A stretch of DNA of 64,000 nucleotides from Candidatus Doudnabacteria bacterium (GCA_963837465.1 CAWINB010000001.1:220981-284980), one strand, 5' to 3'. Positions 27,300 to 37,907 are shown, counted from the first letter of the stretch. Numbers and translations: made by a program. Notes: generated by a model not told the origin, from the sequence alone.

Positions 27300-28575
27300 T
27301 GTTTAACTGTTCTTCAATCTCCATCAGCCGATTATATTTGCAGACCCTCTCGCCTCTGGTCGGCCCGACTTTAATCCAGTCGCTGCCCACCGCCACGGCC
27401 AAGTCAACCAAAAAAGTATCGTTGGTTTCTCCGCCGCCGCGGTGGGAGGGAATGGTGGAAAAACTATTGACGGAAGCCAGGCGGCAGCAATCCATGGTTT
27501 CCGTAACCGTGCCCGCCTGGTTGAGCTTGATTAAAATCGCGTTGGCGACTTTTTGGTTTATGGCCTGCTGAAGCAGCTCCACGTTGCTGACAGTCAAGTC
27601 ATCGGCCACAATTTTTACCGTACCGGCATTGGCTAAAAGCTGGGGCCAAAACGCCCAGTCAAATTCCGACAGGCCGTCCTCCAGCCCGACAATGGGATAT
27701 TTTTTAAACCACCCCGCGTACTTGCTGATTAATTCAACCGAAGTCAAAGATTTATTTTCAATGGCCAAATTATAAAGGCCGTCTTTATAAAACTCGGAAG
27801 AAGCGGGGTCCAGATAAATTCCGGCGTCCTCACCCGGCTTATATCCGGCTTTAATAATAGCTTCGGCAATAAGTCCGAGCGGCAGTTCGTTATCCGTAAG
27901 TCCCGAAGGAGCAAAGGCGCCCTCATTTCCCACATTGGTTGATAATTTTTTTTCCTTTAACAGTTTTTTTAAGGCCTGGTAAACTTCTTCCATCATCCTG
28001 ACGTTTTCACGCGCCGATTGCTGTTTGGTCACGGCTAAAATATATTCCTGAAAATCCGTAGAATTGTCCGCGTGCTTGCCGCCTTCAATCAAAACCGCCA
28101 AGGGCTTGGGCAAACTGCCGCCCGGGGTTTGAAACCCAAAGGCTTTGGCCAAATATTGATAAAGTTCCAGGCTTTGGGACCGTGCCGCCGCTCTGGCCAC
28201 GGCCATAGAGACGCCTAAAATGGCGTTGGCGCCAAAATTGGACTTGCTTGCCGAGCCGTCCGCCTCAATCATAATATTGTCAATGCCGCGCTGATCTCCC
28301 GCGTCACGGCCTATGAGCAGCGGCGCGATTTTTTCATTAACATTGGCCACAGCGCGGAGCATGCCCCTGCCGTTATACCTGGCATTATCGTCGTCCAAAA
28401 GCACCACGGCTTCCTTACTGCCGGCCGAAAGCCCGTAGGACACCAATGCCACGCCCGCTATTCCCGATTCCAGCTCCACCCGAACCTCCACAGTCGGATC
28501 CCCGGCGCTGGCCAAAATTTCCCTCGCCCGAATTTTTGTGATTTTCCCGCTCCCGCCTGATATTTCTGTATTCAT
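27289..28575 (-). CDS. eno: Enolase (divergent)
   Basis: GANAILGVS, FQEY, LEDG, ILIKLNQ and KYNRLMEIE motifs. Confidence 0.9.
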   Translation of the reverse strand: MNTEISGGSGKITKIRAREILASAGDPTVEVRVELESGIAGVALVSYGLSAGSKEAVVLLDDDNARYNGRGMLRAVANVNEKIAPLLIGRDAGDQRGIDNIMIEADGSASKSNFGANAILGVSMAVARAAARSQSLELYQYLAKAFGFQTPGGSLPKPLAVLIEGGKHADNSTDFQEYILAVTKQQSARENVRMMEEVYQALKKLLKEKKLSTNVGNEGAFAPSGLTDNELPLGLIAEAIIKAGYKPGEDAGIYLDPASSEFYKDGLYNLAIENKSLTSVELISKYAGWFKKYPIVGLEDGLSEFDWAFWPQLLANAGTVKIVADDLTVSNVELLQQAINQKVANAILIKLNQAGTVTETMDCCRLASVNSFSTIPSHRGGGETNDTFLVDLAVAVGSDWIKVGPTRGERVCKYNRLMEIEEQLNNET

Positions 28576-28667
28576 ATTGATGATTTAAATATAAATGTTA
28601 ATCCCATTATAGCATAAAATTAAAAAAACGAGCCGGACTAAGCCCGAAGTATTTTTTGATTAGATTC

Positions 28668-30137
28668 TTAATCCAAATGTTCAATCACTCCGATATTCAG
28701 CAAATGTTTTGGGTCAAGCCTATCTTTAATTTTCTGCCATTTATTAATAATTTCTCTTCTGTAATGTTTTTCTACCTGCTTTTTAGTCAGATTATGTAAA
28801 CCGTACAAATACTTTTTACCTCCAATTTCGTATACTAAATTAGAAAGTTCGTTAGATAACTTAATACCATCCCCGACTTTCCCTTGCGGTACATTTGGTT
28901 GAACAGCGACACCGAAAGAAAAATTTTGCTCCTGAGGCAAATCCAAGCTCAAAGGAAACTCCGCGCCATCCACTCTGGCAATTTTCTTTATAGGATAGGC
29001 TCCTAAAACAGGCAGATCTATGCGATTATGCCATACAGCTTGTTTAATCAAATAGTCCTGCATTTTGTATTTAAAAATCAATTTTTTTGCTTGTTCAATG
29101 AAATATGAATACGAAGCACTGTCAACAATGAAATCGGTCCAGGGATGATGCAGCTCCAATTGATTTTCGGCGCCAGGAGTAGGATACCAATAAACAATTT
29201 TTGATTTCGGAATTTTTTGAGCCTTAAGACTTGTATCTAAACTGGCGTTTTTATGGGGCTTGGCTCCAAAGGCTGTAAAATCGGCCCTGTACTTTTTTTT
29301 TATTTCCTCTACCAAAGGTTCAATTTTAACCTTGGCATCCACATCCAGTATTCCTACGACATATCTGGCCGTCAGATGAAAATTATGGGGTAAGGAAATT
29401 AAATTTTCAACTCCCCCGACAATACTAAAAGCCGGGTCTTTAATCATACTATAAAAATTAGACTGAAAAGTTGTTTGATTATGGTAAACAAAAGCAAACA
29501 TCAAGCAATCCGGCTTGCTTTTTAGCACTTGAAGAGTAACCTCGGCAATTACGCCAATGCGTCCAAAGCCACATAGCGCATAATAAAAATAGTCCTGATT
29601 ACGTTCCGGTGAACACTCAAGTATTAACCCTTCCATTGTTACGAGTTTTATTCTTAATACCGTGTTCCATAAGCCGCCAGATACTGATGAAGTCGGGCCG
29701 ACCCCCCCTGCGGAAACCGAACCTCCTACTCTGATTTTTTGTCCGGGGTTATTGGTAAATACAGGAAATGAATACCGCGGAAATTTTATAGCTGTAAACA
29801 TATCATGCCACATAGTTCCGCAGCCCGCGGTAACTGTTAAACAATTTTCATTAAAATGCGCGTGCTGTATGCCGCTTACATCAATTTGAATTCCGTCAGT
29901 AAGTGTTTGTCCATTTACCGAGTGGCCGGTATTACGAATCTTGACCGGCTTTCCTAATTTATTGTAATAGGCAAGCGTAGTCGCAAGCTCTTGGATTGTT
30001 TTTGGGCGTTCTGTAATTTCCGGCAAATTAAAATAAATCCGGCCAAAATCTGTTTGGTCGAATTCGTGGGCGGAAAAAACTCCGCTGATTGTAAAATTTT
30101 TATGTAAAAACTTTTTTATTTTATGACTTAAGGCCAT
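28668..30137 (-). CDS. FAD-linked oxidoreductase, cytokinin dehydrogenase-like (VAO family)
   Basis: RNTGHSVNGQT, VGGSVSAGGVG, HPWTDFIV and LDPKHLLN motifs; AT-rich. Confidence 0.75.
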   Translation of the reverse strand: MALSHKIKKFLHKNFTISGVFSAHEFDQTDFGRIYFNLPEITERPKTIQELATTLAYYNKLGKPVKIRNTGHSVNGQTLTDGIQIDVSGIQHAHFNENCLTVTAGCGTMWHDMFTAIKFPRYSFPVFTNNPGQKIRVGGSVSAGGVGPTSSVSGGLWNTVLRIKLVTMEGLILECSPERNQDYFYYALCGFGRIGVIAEVTLQVLKSKPDCLMFAFVYHNQTTFQSNFYSMIKDPAFSIVGGVENLISLPHNFHLTARYVVGILDVDAKVKIEPLVEEIKKKYRADFTAFGAKPHKNASLDTSLKAQKIPKSKIVYWYPTPGAENQLELHHPWTDFIVDSASYSYFIEQAKKLIFKYKMQDYLIKQAVWHNRIDLPVLGAYPIKKIARVDGAEFPLSLDLPQEQNFSFGVAVQPNVPQGKVGDGIKLSNELSNLVYEIGGKKYLYGLHNLTKKQVEKHYRREIINKWQKIKDRLDPKHLLNIGVIEHLD

Positions 30138-30139
30138 AT

Positions 30140-31369
30140 TTATTTCAACGCCTCAATCCCGGGCAATTTTTTCCCCGCGAGGTATTCCAGCATGGCGCCG
30201 CCGCCGGTGGAGACGTGGTCTATGTGGTCAAACTGGCCGGCTTGCCTGATGGCGTCCACGGTGTCGCCGCCTCCGGCCACCACAAAGGCTTTGCCTTTGC
30301 CGCGGCCGCCTATCAGCCGCGCCAGGGACATAGTGCCGGTGTCAAAAGGTTTTTTTTCAAACAAGCCCAAAGGCCCGCTCCAGACAATGGTCTTGGCCAG
30401 CTTTAATTGTTTGGAAAATTCGAGGATGGTTTTTGGACCAATATCCAAAACCATTTCTTTTTTGCCGATTTCGTAAGGCGAACAAACGCGGATGGAACCC
30501 CTTTCCATTTTTTCGTTAACCACCACCGCATCCAGCGGCAAAACCAGTTTATCCTTAAAGTTTTTTTCCACCTGCCAGGCGGTTTTTGTTTCCGCTTCCT
30601 CAATTTTAGAAAGTCCGACTTCAAAACCCTTGGCTTTAAACATTAAGTTGGCCACTCCCCCGCCCACCAAAATTACATCCGCCTTTTTGCCCAAATTTTC
30701 CAAAGCCCCGACTTTTTCCGAAAGCTTGATACCGCCGGTCATAACCACAAAAGGATGTTTAACTGATTTTAAAATCGCGTCAAGAGATTTAATTTCACCT
30801 TCCAGCAGCAAACCAGCATAAGAAGGCAGGTGTTTAGCTACTGAGACATTTGAGGCCACCGGATGATGACATTTTGAAAAATCATCATCGACATAAACAT
30901 CGGCCAAAGCGGCTAGTTTTTTGCCGAAGGAAACATCGTCTTCAAGTTCACCCGCGTGGAATTCCAGATTTTCCAAAAAAATGACATTATGGGCAGCCGT
31001 TACCTTAAGATTTTTTTGATGTTTATCTTCACAAAAATCGCCGGTGTAAAATACCAAATGCGGAATCCCGTATTCCGGAATTTTAAAATCAGTTTCAATA
31101 AATTTTAAACCCAGTAAATTCGCCAAAACCTCCGCCGCCGGCTTTAAGCTAAGCTCTTTTACTGCCTTACCTTTAGCCCTGCCTCTCTTGCCGCAAATAA
31201 TTACTTTATTGCCCTGGGAAAGTAAAAGCTTAATCGTCGGCATAGCTGAACGAAGTCTAAAATCGTCACTGACTTTATTGGTCTTGTCGTTCACCGGCGC
31301 GTCAACGCTGCTACGCACCAGCACGGTTTTATTTTTTACTGAGGATGATTTTAAATATTTTATAGTCAT
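30140..31369 (-). CDS. pgk: Phosphoglycerate kinase with an altered substrate-binding domain
   Basis: LDIGPKT, WSGPLGLFE, GGGDT and STGGGAMLE motifs. Confidence 0.88.
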   Translation of the reverse strand: MTIKYLKSSSVKNKTVLVRSSVDAPVNDKTNKVSDDFRLRSAMPTIKLLLSQGNKVIICGKRGRAKGKAVKELSLKPAAEVLANLLGLKFIETDFKIPEYGIPHLVFYTGDFCEDKHQKNLKVTAAHNVIFLENLEFHAGELEDDVSFGKKLAALADVYVDDDFSKCHHPVASNVSVAKHLPSYAGLLLEGEIKSLDAILKSVKHPFVVMTGGIKLSEKVGALENLGKKADVILVGGGVANLMFKAKGFEVGLSKIEEAETKTAWQVEKNFKDKLVLPLDAVVVNEKMERGSIRVCSPYEIGKKEMVLDIGPKTILEFSKQLKLAKTIVWSGPLGLFEKKPFDTGTMSLARLIGGRGKGKAFVVAGGGDTVDAIRQAGQFDHIDHVSTGGGAMLEYLAGKKLPGIEALK

Positions 31370-31374
31370 AAATT

Positions 31375-31608
31375 TTACTTTTGTTTTAAAAAAGCTTCCG
31401 GGGAAATTTCAAGGTCTTGCAGGATTGCTTTTAAAGTTTTACGTTTTAAACTTTTTGCGCCGTGGTTTGGTATTGTGGTAAAGCGATTATCCCTGTCCCT
31501 CTTCCAGACTTGGTGACTACCTTTACCCTGTCTTAACAAATAAAAGCCAAGGCTCCGTGCAACCTTGGCTACCTGGCGGTAATTCGCGTTTGGAAACTTA
31601 GTTCCCAT
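31375..31608 (-). CDS. hicA: HicA-family toxin
   Basis: LGFYLLRQGKGSH..TTIPNH motif. Confidence 0.88.
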   Translation of the reverse strand: MGTKFPNANYRQVAKVARSLGFYLLRQGKGSHQVWKRDRDNRFTTIPNHGAKSLKRKTLKAILQDLEISPEAFLKQK

Positions 31609-31624
31609 AAATTTTAGAGCCTGT

Positions 31625-31885
31625 TTAAGCTTCCACCGGAACAGAAAGTTCTATTTTTATTTCAGAAGGATTTTTTAAAATAACCGATGAAAAAGGATGC
31701 TTACTTTTTTTCCGGGCCGCGATATGCATACTAATAACTTCACGGATGTTATCTATGGCCTCGCCATAAGTTTCGCCATCGGCATGACAACCCTGAAGCA
31801 CCGGGCAAGACGCAAAAAACCCACCCTCTTCGCAAGGTTCAATAACTATCGGGTAAATGCTAATTCGTACGGATTGTTTAATCAT
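31625..31885 (-). CDS. hicB: HicB-family antitoxin
   Basis: EEGGFFASCPVLQGCHADGETYGEAIDN motif. Confidence 0.88.
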   Translation of the reverse strand: MIKQSVRISIYPIVIEPCEEGGFFASCPVLQGCHADGETYGEAIDNIREVISMHIAARKKSKHPFSSVILKNPSEIKIELSVPVEA

Positions 31886-31950
31886 ATTTAAACTTTACCC
31901 CAAGATACCCTTTATGTCAATTTTTTAGGTTGTAACGATTATGAATTAAG

Positions 31951-31974
31951 TAGTGTCAAGGGTCACCCTTGACA

Positions 31975-31977
<3 letters not shown>
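31951..31977. repeat. 27-bp perfect palindrome, copy 2 (overlaps the gap stop codon)
   Basis: Identical to 10689-10715. Confidence 0.9.
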
Positions 31978-33045
<1,068 letters not shown>

Positions 33046-33052
33046 TTAATTG

Positions 33053-34069
33053 TTAATCGTTTTTATGAGCAACTATTTCCTCTACCTCTTTTGCGGTTTT
33101 TTCATCTTTAATTTCTATCGGCACAAAAGTTTTCATTTTTTTGAGTCGGTCTTCAATTTCTTTTTTGGTTAACAGTCCGGCCTGGGGACCGACCTGCATA
33201 ACCACGCTGCCCGCGTTCATCGGCCCCCAGCGCAAAGCTTCTTTGTGGGGCTGGCCGTGGAACAGCGCGGCAATGTAAGCGGTGGTAAAACCGTCGCCGG
33301 CGCCGGTGGCCTCTATGCGCGGTCCCGGATATTCCGGCAGGTAATAAAAGCCCTGTTCGCTATAACTGTAAGCGCCTTTGCGGCCGTCGGTTAAGGCTAT
33401 GGCCTTGACTCCCAGTTTCATCAGTTGCTTGCAAAGCTCCTCCGGATCGCGCCCGCAATCTCCCACCCAGCTTTGGGCTTCTTCCACATTTAACGACAAT
33501 AAATCCGTCCGCTTTAGCATAAGCTCATTGGCTTTGGGGCCGGCCCTGAGCTGGAAGGTTCCGGGATTAAATCCCAGCCTTGCTTTATAGCGGTCCAGAT
33601 ATTTGGCCAAGTCCTTATAAATTTTTTCAAACCCCAGTCCCATGCTGGTTAAATAAACCCAAGTGGAATGCGCGAAATCAGGCAGCTTGTATTTCCTGTG
33701 TTCATGGTAAACAAAAATTGTCCGTTCGCCGCCGTGGCTTAACACGGTTGAAGCGTTGGTGGGATGCTTGTCGTTTTTTTCTATATACCTTGTGGACACC
33801 CCTTCTTTTTCCATTTTATGGACAATTTCCCGGCCGCCGGTGTCGTGCGCCACCACGCAGTAAAACGCCGTTTTAAGGCCCAGGCGGCTGCTTCCCACGG
33901 CATTGTTGGCCGCGTTCCCGGCCACAGTACGATAAAAAGCCTTCACGGGCAATTTATCGCCCCAATTTATAAGGGCCATTTTTTTGCCGCCAATTTCTTT
34001 TATTTCAACGTCATCAACAATAAGAAAGGTGTCGATGGTTGGATCGCCGATGGAAATTATGTCGAACAT
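33053..34069 (-). CDS. PfkB family carbohydrate kinase
   Basis: AGNAAN and ATGAGDGF motifs. Confidence 0.9.
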   Translation of the reverse strand: MFDIISIGDPTIDTFLIVDDVEIKEIGGKKMALINWGDKLPVKAFYRTVAGNAANNAVGSSRLGLKTAFYCVVAHDTGGREIVHKMEKEGVSTRYIEKNDKHPTNASTVLSHGGERTIFVYHEHRKYKLPDFAHSTWVYLTSMGLGFEKIYKDLAKYLDRYKARLGFNPGTFQLRAGPKANELMLKRTDLLSLNVEEAQSWVGDCGRDPEELCKQLMKLGVKAIALTDGRKGAYSYSEQGFYYLPEYPGPRIEATGAGDGFTTAYIAALFHGQPHKEALRWGPMNAGSVVMQVGPQAGLLTKKEIEDRLKKMKTFVPIEIKDEKTAKEVEEIVAHKND

Positions 34070-34102
34070 GGGAGAGGGTTTAGGGTATAGGGTTAGGGCT
34101 GT

Positions 34103-34211
34103 GCCATTCCGAGTCCGGAGTGCATAAGGCGGACGAGGAATCCCTTAAATATTACCGATCGTGACAGTTAAGGGATCCTTCACCTTCAGATGCATTCAGG
34201 TTCAGGACGAC
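34103..34211. repeat. Palindromic element of the CCATTCCG..GAATCCC family
   Basis: GCCATTCCGAG..GAGGAATCCCTTAA / TTAAGGGATCCTTC..CAGGACGAC. Confidence 0.75.
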
Positions 34212-34582
34212 ACAACACTTGGTTTATTTTTATATTTAAAATATCTGATGATTGACAAAATTATTAAAACTACTACTACCCAAAAAAGTACATTTAACAA
34301 AAAATCGAGGTGAGAGAAAGAAACAAAAGCTTTATAAAATACCCCGAACAGATAATAATTTGGGTCGCTTGTATTATAAAAATCTGCATAATGATAAAAT
34401 GGGAAGCCTATTACCGTGGCATCGCAGTTTAATGAAGCTCCAGAGCACATATTCGAATAATAAAAAGCCCGAGGAGCTGGCACAGTTCTGGTATAACCCT
34501 CAAAAGCAATAGCAATGAGTGCCCCAAGAATTACACTCCACACCACCAAATCCGTTTTTGATTTTAAACTAAAAATTTTCAT
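34202..34582 (-). CDS. Hypothetical membrane protein
   Basis: Two TM segments and a GFPF motif; AT-rich. Confidence 0.6.
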   Translation of the reverse strand: MKIFSLKSKTDLVVWSVILGALIAIAFEGYTRTVPAPRAFYYSNMCSGASLNCDATVIGFPFYHYADFYNTSDPNYYLFGVFYKAFVSFSHLDFLLNVLFWVVVVLIILSIIRYFKYKNKPSVVSS

Positions 34583-34640
34583 TTGTATTTTGCATCCATC
34601 CCGGAATTTTTAAGGCTGTAAAAATATCCGGGATCCAGAA

Positions 34641-34940
34641 TCATTTAATTATTTCATCATATAAATCTTTCCATTCCGGATTAGACTTTTCAATAAGCTC
34701 CAATTTCCATTTTCTTTGCCATTTTTTAAGCAATTTTTCTTTCTTTAAAGCCTGTTCTTTATCTTCAAATTGTTCAAAGTAAACTAAAATATGAACTTGG
34801 TATTTATTGGTAAAACCTTTTACTATATCATTTTTATGCTCATATACTCTTTTTATTAAATTCCTAGTGTAACCGACATACAAAGTTCCGTTTCTTTTGC
34901 TGGCTAAGATATACACGTAGTGATAAACATCAAATGGCAT
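34641..34940 (-). CDS. Stand-alone GIY-YIG nuclease (UPF0213-like)
   Basis: YVYILASKRNGTLYVG..RVYEHK..NPEWKDL; flanked by inverted repeats at 34595-34638 and 34946-35006. Confidence 0.92.
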   Translation of the reverse strand: MPFDVYHYVYILASKRNGTLYVGYTRNLIKRVYEHKNDIVKGFTNKYQVHILVYFEQFEDKEQALKKEKLLKKWQRKWKLELIEKSNPEWKDLYDEIIK

Positions 34941-35012
34941 AGTTACTGGATCCCGGATATTTTTTGTTTGCTTATTTTTATTCTTTAACAAAAAATTCCG
35001 GGATGGAAGCAG

Positions 35013-35984
35013 CTATCGTTTTCTCTTTAAAACTTTTTTAATCGCCGCAACTACCGCATCCTTATCCATCCCATATTTCTTAATCAATTCCTCCGGTTGG
35101 CCGGATTCGCCAAAAGTGTTGGGCATACCCAAGCTTTCTACGGGCACGGGATAATTTTGGGCCAGAACTTCGCAGACGGCCGAGCCGCAGCCAGCCATGG
35201 TTTGGTGTTCTTCCAAAGTTACTACGGCGCCGCATTTTTTTGCCGCCTCTATAATTGTAGCAGAGTCTATGGGTTTTATGGTGTGGTTATTCACAACCAT
35301 TACCGAAATTCCCTCTTTTTCCAAGTCTATAGCCGCCAAAAGAGCGTTATACAACACCGGGCCGCTGGCTATTACAGCAACATCTTTACCGTCCCTAAAA
35401 ATTTCCGCTTTGCCAACGGCAAAAGGAGTTTGCGCGGTGGTTATAACAGCAGTTTTAGATCTCCCTAAGCGAAAATACGCCGGACCTTTTATTTTTCCCA
35501 AAGCCACAACTGTTTTGCGGGCTTCTATGGCATTGCATGGGACTTCTACTATAAGGTTGGGCAAGACTCGGGTAATGGCAATGTCTTCCAAAGCCTGATG
35601 AGTAGCGCCGTCCGGGCCGACAGAAACTCCGGTATGACATCCTGCTACTTTTACGTTTGCCATACTGTAGCAAACGCTTACCCGCAATTGATCCCAATTG
35701 CGGCCGGGAGAAAAAGTCGCGTAAGAAGATACAAAAGCCGTTTTGCCGTAAAGCGCCAGGCCCGCGGCCAGACCCATCATATTCTGTTCGGCCACGCCGC
35801 ACTCCACAAATCTTTCCGGATACTTTATGCCAAAATCCAAAACCTGGGTGCTCTCGGCCAAATCCGCGGTCAGCACCACTACGTTTTCATCCGCCGCTCC
35901 CAAATCCAAAACCGCCTGTCCGTAACCCTTACGCGTGGCTTCCTGTTCTATGTCTAGTTGTCCGATTTTTGGATTTAGGTTCAT
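35013..35984 (-). CDS. Transketolase C-terminal subunit
   Basis: GVAEQN, GPDGATHQ and EEH motifs. Confidence 0.93.
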   Translation of the reverse strand: MNLNPKIGQLDIEQEATRKGYGQAVLDLGAADENVVVLTADLAESTQVLDFGIKYPERFVECGVAEQNMMGLAAGLALYGKTAFVSSYATFSPGRNWDQLRVSVCYSMANVKVAGCHTGVSVGPDGATHQALEDIAITRVLPNLIVEVPCNAIEARKTVVALGKIKGPAYFRLGRSKTAVITTAQTPFAVGKAEIFRDGKDVAVIASGPVLYNALLAAIDLEKEGISVMVVNNHTIKPIDSATIIEAAKKCGAVVTLEEHQTMAGCGSAVCEVLAQNYPVPVESLGMPNTFGESGQPEELIKKYGMDKDAVVAAIKKVLKRKR

Positions 35985-36010
35985 AGTGGTTGGCGTATAG
36001 CGTATAGTGG

Positions 36011-36376
36011 TTAGCGTTTAGGCTCTGATGTTAGCTTTCTAAGCATAGCGCCCAATATTTTTTGAACTTCATTCAATAATGAAAATGCCTTTTCATAGTC
36101 CAATTCAGGATATAACTTTTTCGCGATAATCAGCTGGGTTTCTAGCTCGCAAGCAGACCCATAGGCAATTCCTAAAAATTGAATAAATTCCGGTCTATGA
36201 TTTCTTCCATAACCTTCGGCAATGTTGGAGGGAATAGAAACAGATGCTCTTTGCATTTGGGAAGCCAGCGCATATAGTTCAGACTTAGGAAAAATTCTGG
36301 TAAGTTTGTAAGACTCTGATACTAAATCTATGGACTTTTGCCAAACTATTAATTCTTTGTAGGTTTTTATTTCCAT
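36011..36376 (-). CDS. Four-helix-bundle protein (23S rRNA IVP/Avd-like family)
   Basis: LIVWQKS..FPKSELYAL..SIPSNIAEG..GSACELETQ; flanked by inverted heptamer arrays. Confidence 0.92.
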   Translation of the reverse strand: MEIKTYKELIVWQKSIDLVSESYKLTRIFPKSELYALASQMQRASVSIPSNIAEGYGRNHRPEFIQFLGIAYGSACELETQLIIAKKLYPELDYEKAFSLLNEVQKILGAMLRKLTSEPKR

Positions 36377-36417
36377 AAGTGCGCCCTCCCTATACCCTAA
36401 ACGCTATACGCTAACCG

Positions 36418-37269
36418 CTACTGATGCTCGCTTGCTATCCGTCCTCTTAAAGTCCGCAGTTCATTTAATGCCAAAGCCGCCTGCTCCTTGTTTGGCGGCG
36501 AGCCATGCCATTTATAATCACCTTCCATAAAATCCACACCCTTGCCCGCAATAGTGCGCGCGATAATCACGGTTGGTTTTTCGTAAATGGCCTTGGCTTC
36601 GTTGCAGGCGTTGATAATTTCCTGGACATTGTGGCCGTCTACTTCCAGCACGTGCCAGTTAAAAGCTTCGTACTTGGCGCGCAAACCCTCCAGCGGCATT
36701 ATGTCTTCCGTGTAGCCGTCTATTTGGATGTTGTTGCGGTCCATAATGGCCGTAATATTATGGAGTTTATTTTTCCCCGCGAACATGACCGCTTCCCAGG
36801 TCTGGCCTTCCTGCTGTTCGCCGTCGGACATTATTAAATAAATCCGGTTATGCTTGTGGTCCATCTTCAGGCCCAGCGCCATTCCCGCGGCTTGAGACGA
36901 ACCTTGCGCCAGCGGCCCCGAAGAAGTTTCTATTCCCGGCAAAGCCAAATTGTGCGGATGTCCGTGCAGACGGGTGCCGAATTTTCTAAGCGTCAACAAT
37001 TCCTCTTTTGGAAAATAGCCGGCCTCGGCCATAGTGGCGTACAAAACCGGACAGATATGCCCGCAGGACAAAATCAGCCGGTCCCGACCTTCCCATTTAG
37101 GGTCGGCGGGATTATATTCCAATACGTTAAAATAAAGCGCGGCAAAAACATCGGCCATATCCAAAGGCCCGGCGCTGTGCCCGCTGCCGGCGGCCAACAA
37201 CATCTCTATAATATCCTGCCTTATGTCGTTAGCCTTGTATTTTATTTCGTTGATGGAAAGTTTCGGCAT
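36418..37269 (-). CDS. Transketolase N-terminal subunit
   Basis: GSGH, LSCGH, SDGEQQEG and DGH motifs. Confidence 0.93.
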   Translation of the reverse strand: MPKLSINEIKYKANDIRQDIIEMLLAAGSGHSAGPLDMADVFAALYFNVLEYNPADPKWEGRDRLILSCGHICPVLYATMAEAGYFPKEELLTLRKFGTRLHGHPHNLALPGIETSSGPLAQGSSQAAGMALGLKMDHKHNRIYLIMSDGEQQEGQTWEAVMFAGKNKLHNITAIMDRNNIQIDGYTEDIMPLEGLRAKYEAFNWHVLEVDGHNVQEIINACNEAKAIYEKPTVIIARTIAGKGVDFMEGDYKWHGSPPNKEQAALALNELRTLRGRIASEHQ

Positions 37270-37907
37270 TACTGAATTTCTTTCGCCAACTTTTCAAAAG
37301 CCTGGTTAACATCCGCCGCTTTTACCAGCGCGCTGCCCACGCAAATTAAATCCGCTCCGGCATCTTTTAGGCTTTTTATGTTGATTTCGTTTACCCCGCC
37401 GTCTACTTCTATTATAGCATGGGGCAGCAGCTTTCTTAAGTCCGCGATTTTTCGCGGCGCGGACTCCATAAAAGACTGGCCTTGTTTGCCCGGAATAACG
37501 CTCATAACCAGATATTGATCGGCGGCAACATCCCGCAATACGTTCACAGATGTTTCCGGGCTTATCGCTACGCCGGTTTTAAATCCCATTTGCTTGATGT
37601 CCAGCAAAGTCTGTTTTAAATCATCTGAAGACGAAAACGCTTCGTAATGCACAATCAAAGTTTTAAAGCCGCAAATCCGATAGTCCAAAAAGTCCGCCGG
37701 ATTTTTTACCATTAAATGGGCTTCCCAGGCAAAAGCGGGATTTAGAGTATCTATTTCCGCCGCCGATAATAGCCGATCCGCGACAAACTCCCCATCGCCA
37801 AAATCCACTTGGACTCTTTCGAGGCCGGAAATTTTAACCACGCGGGAAACTTTATCCAAAAAGCCTTCCTTTGTGGTTTCTAAAATCGCGGGAACAATTA
37901 TGGACAT
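37269..37907 (-). CDS. rpe: Ribulose-phosphate 3-epimerase
   Basis: EAHLMV, MSVIPG and EVDGG motifs. Confidence 0.9.
   Translation of the reverse strand: MSIIVPAILETTKEGFLDKVSRVVKISGLERVQVDFGDGEFVADRLLSAAEIDTLNPAFAWEAHLMVKNPADFLDYRICGFKTLIVHYEAFSSSDDLKQTLLDIKQMGFKTGVAISPETSVNVLRDVAADQYLVMSVIPGKQGQSFMESAPRKIADLRKLLPHAIIEVDGGVNEINIKSLKDAGADLICVGSALVKAADVNQAFEKLAKEIQ

Noticed and set aside
36011-36376. Diversity-generating retroelement (Avd)
   Set aside because: No reverse transcriptase or TR/VR pair was seen in the window.
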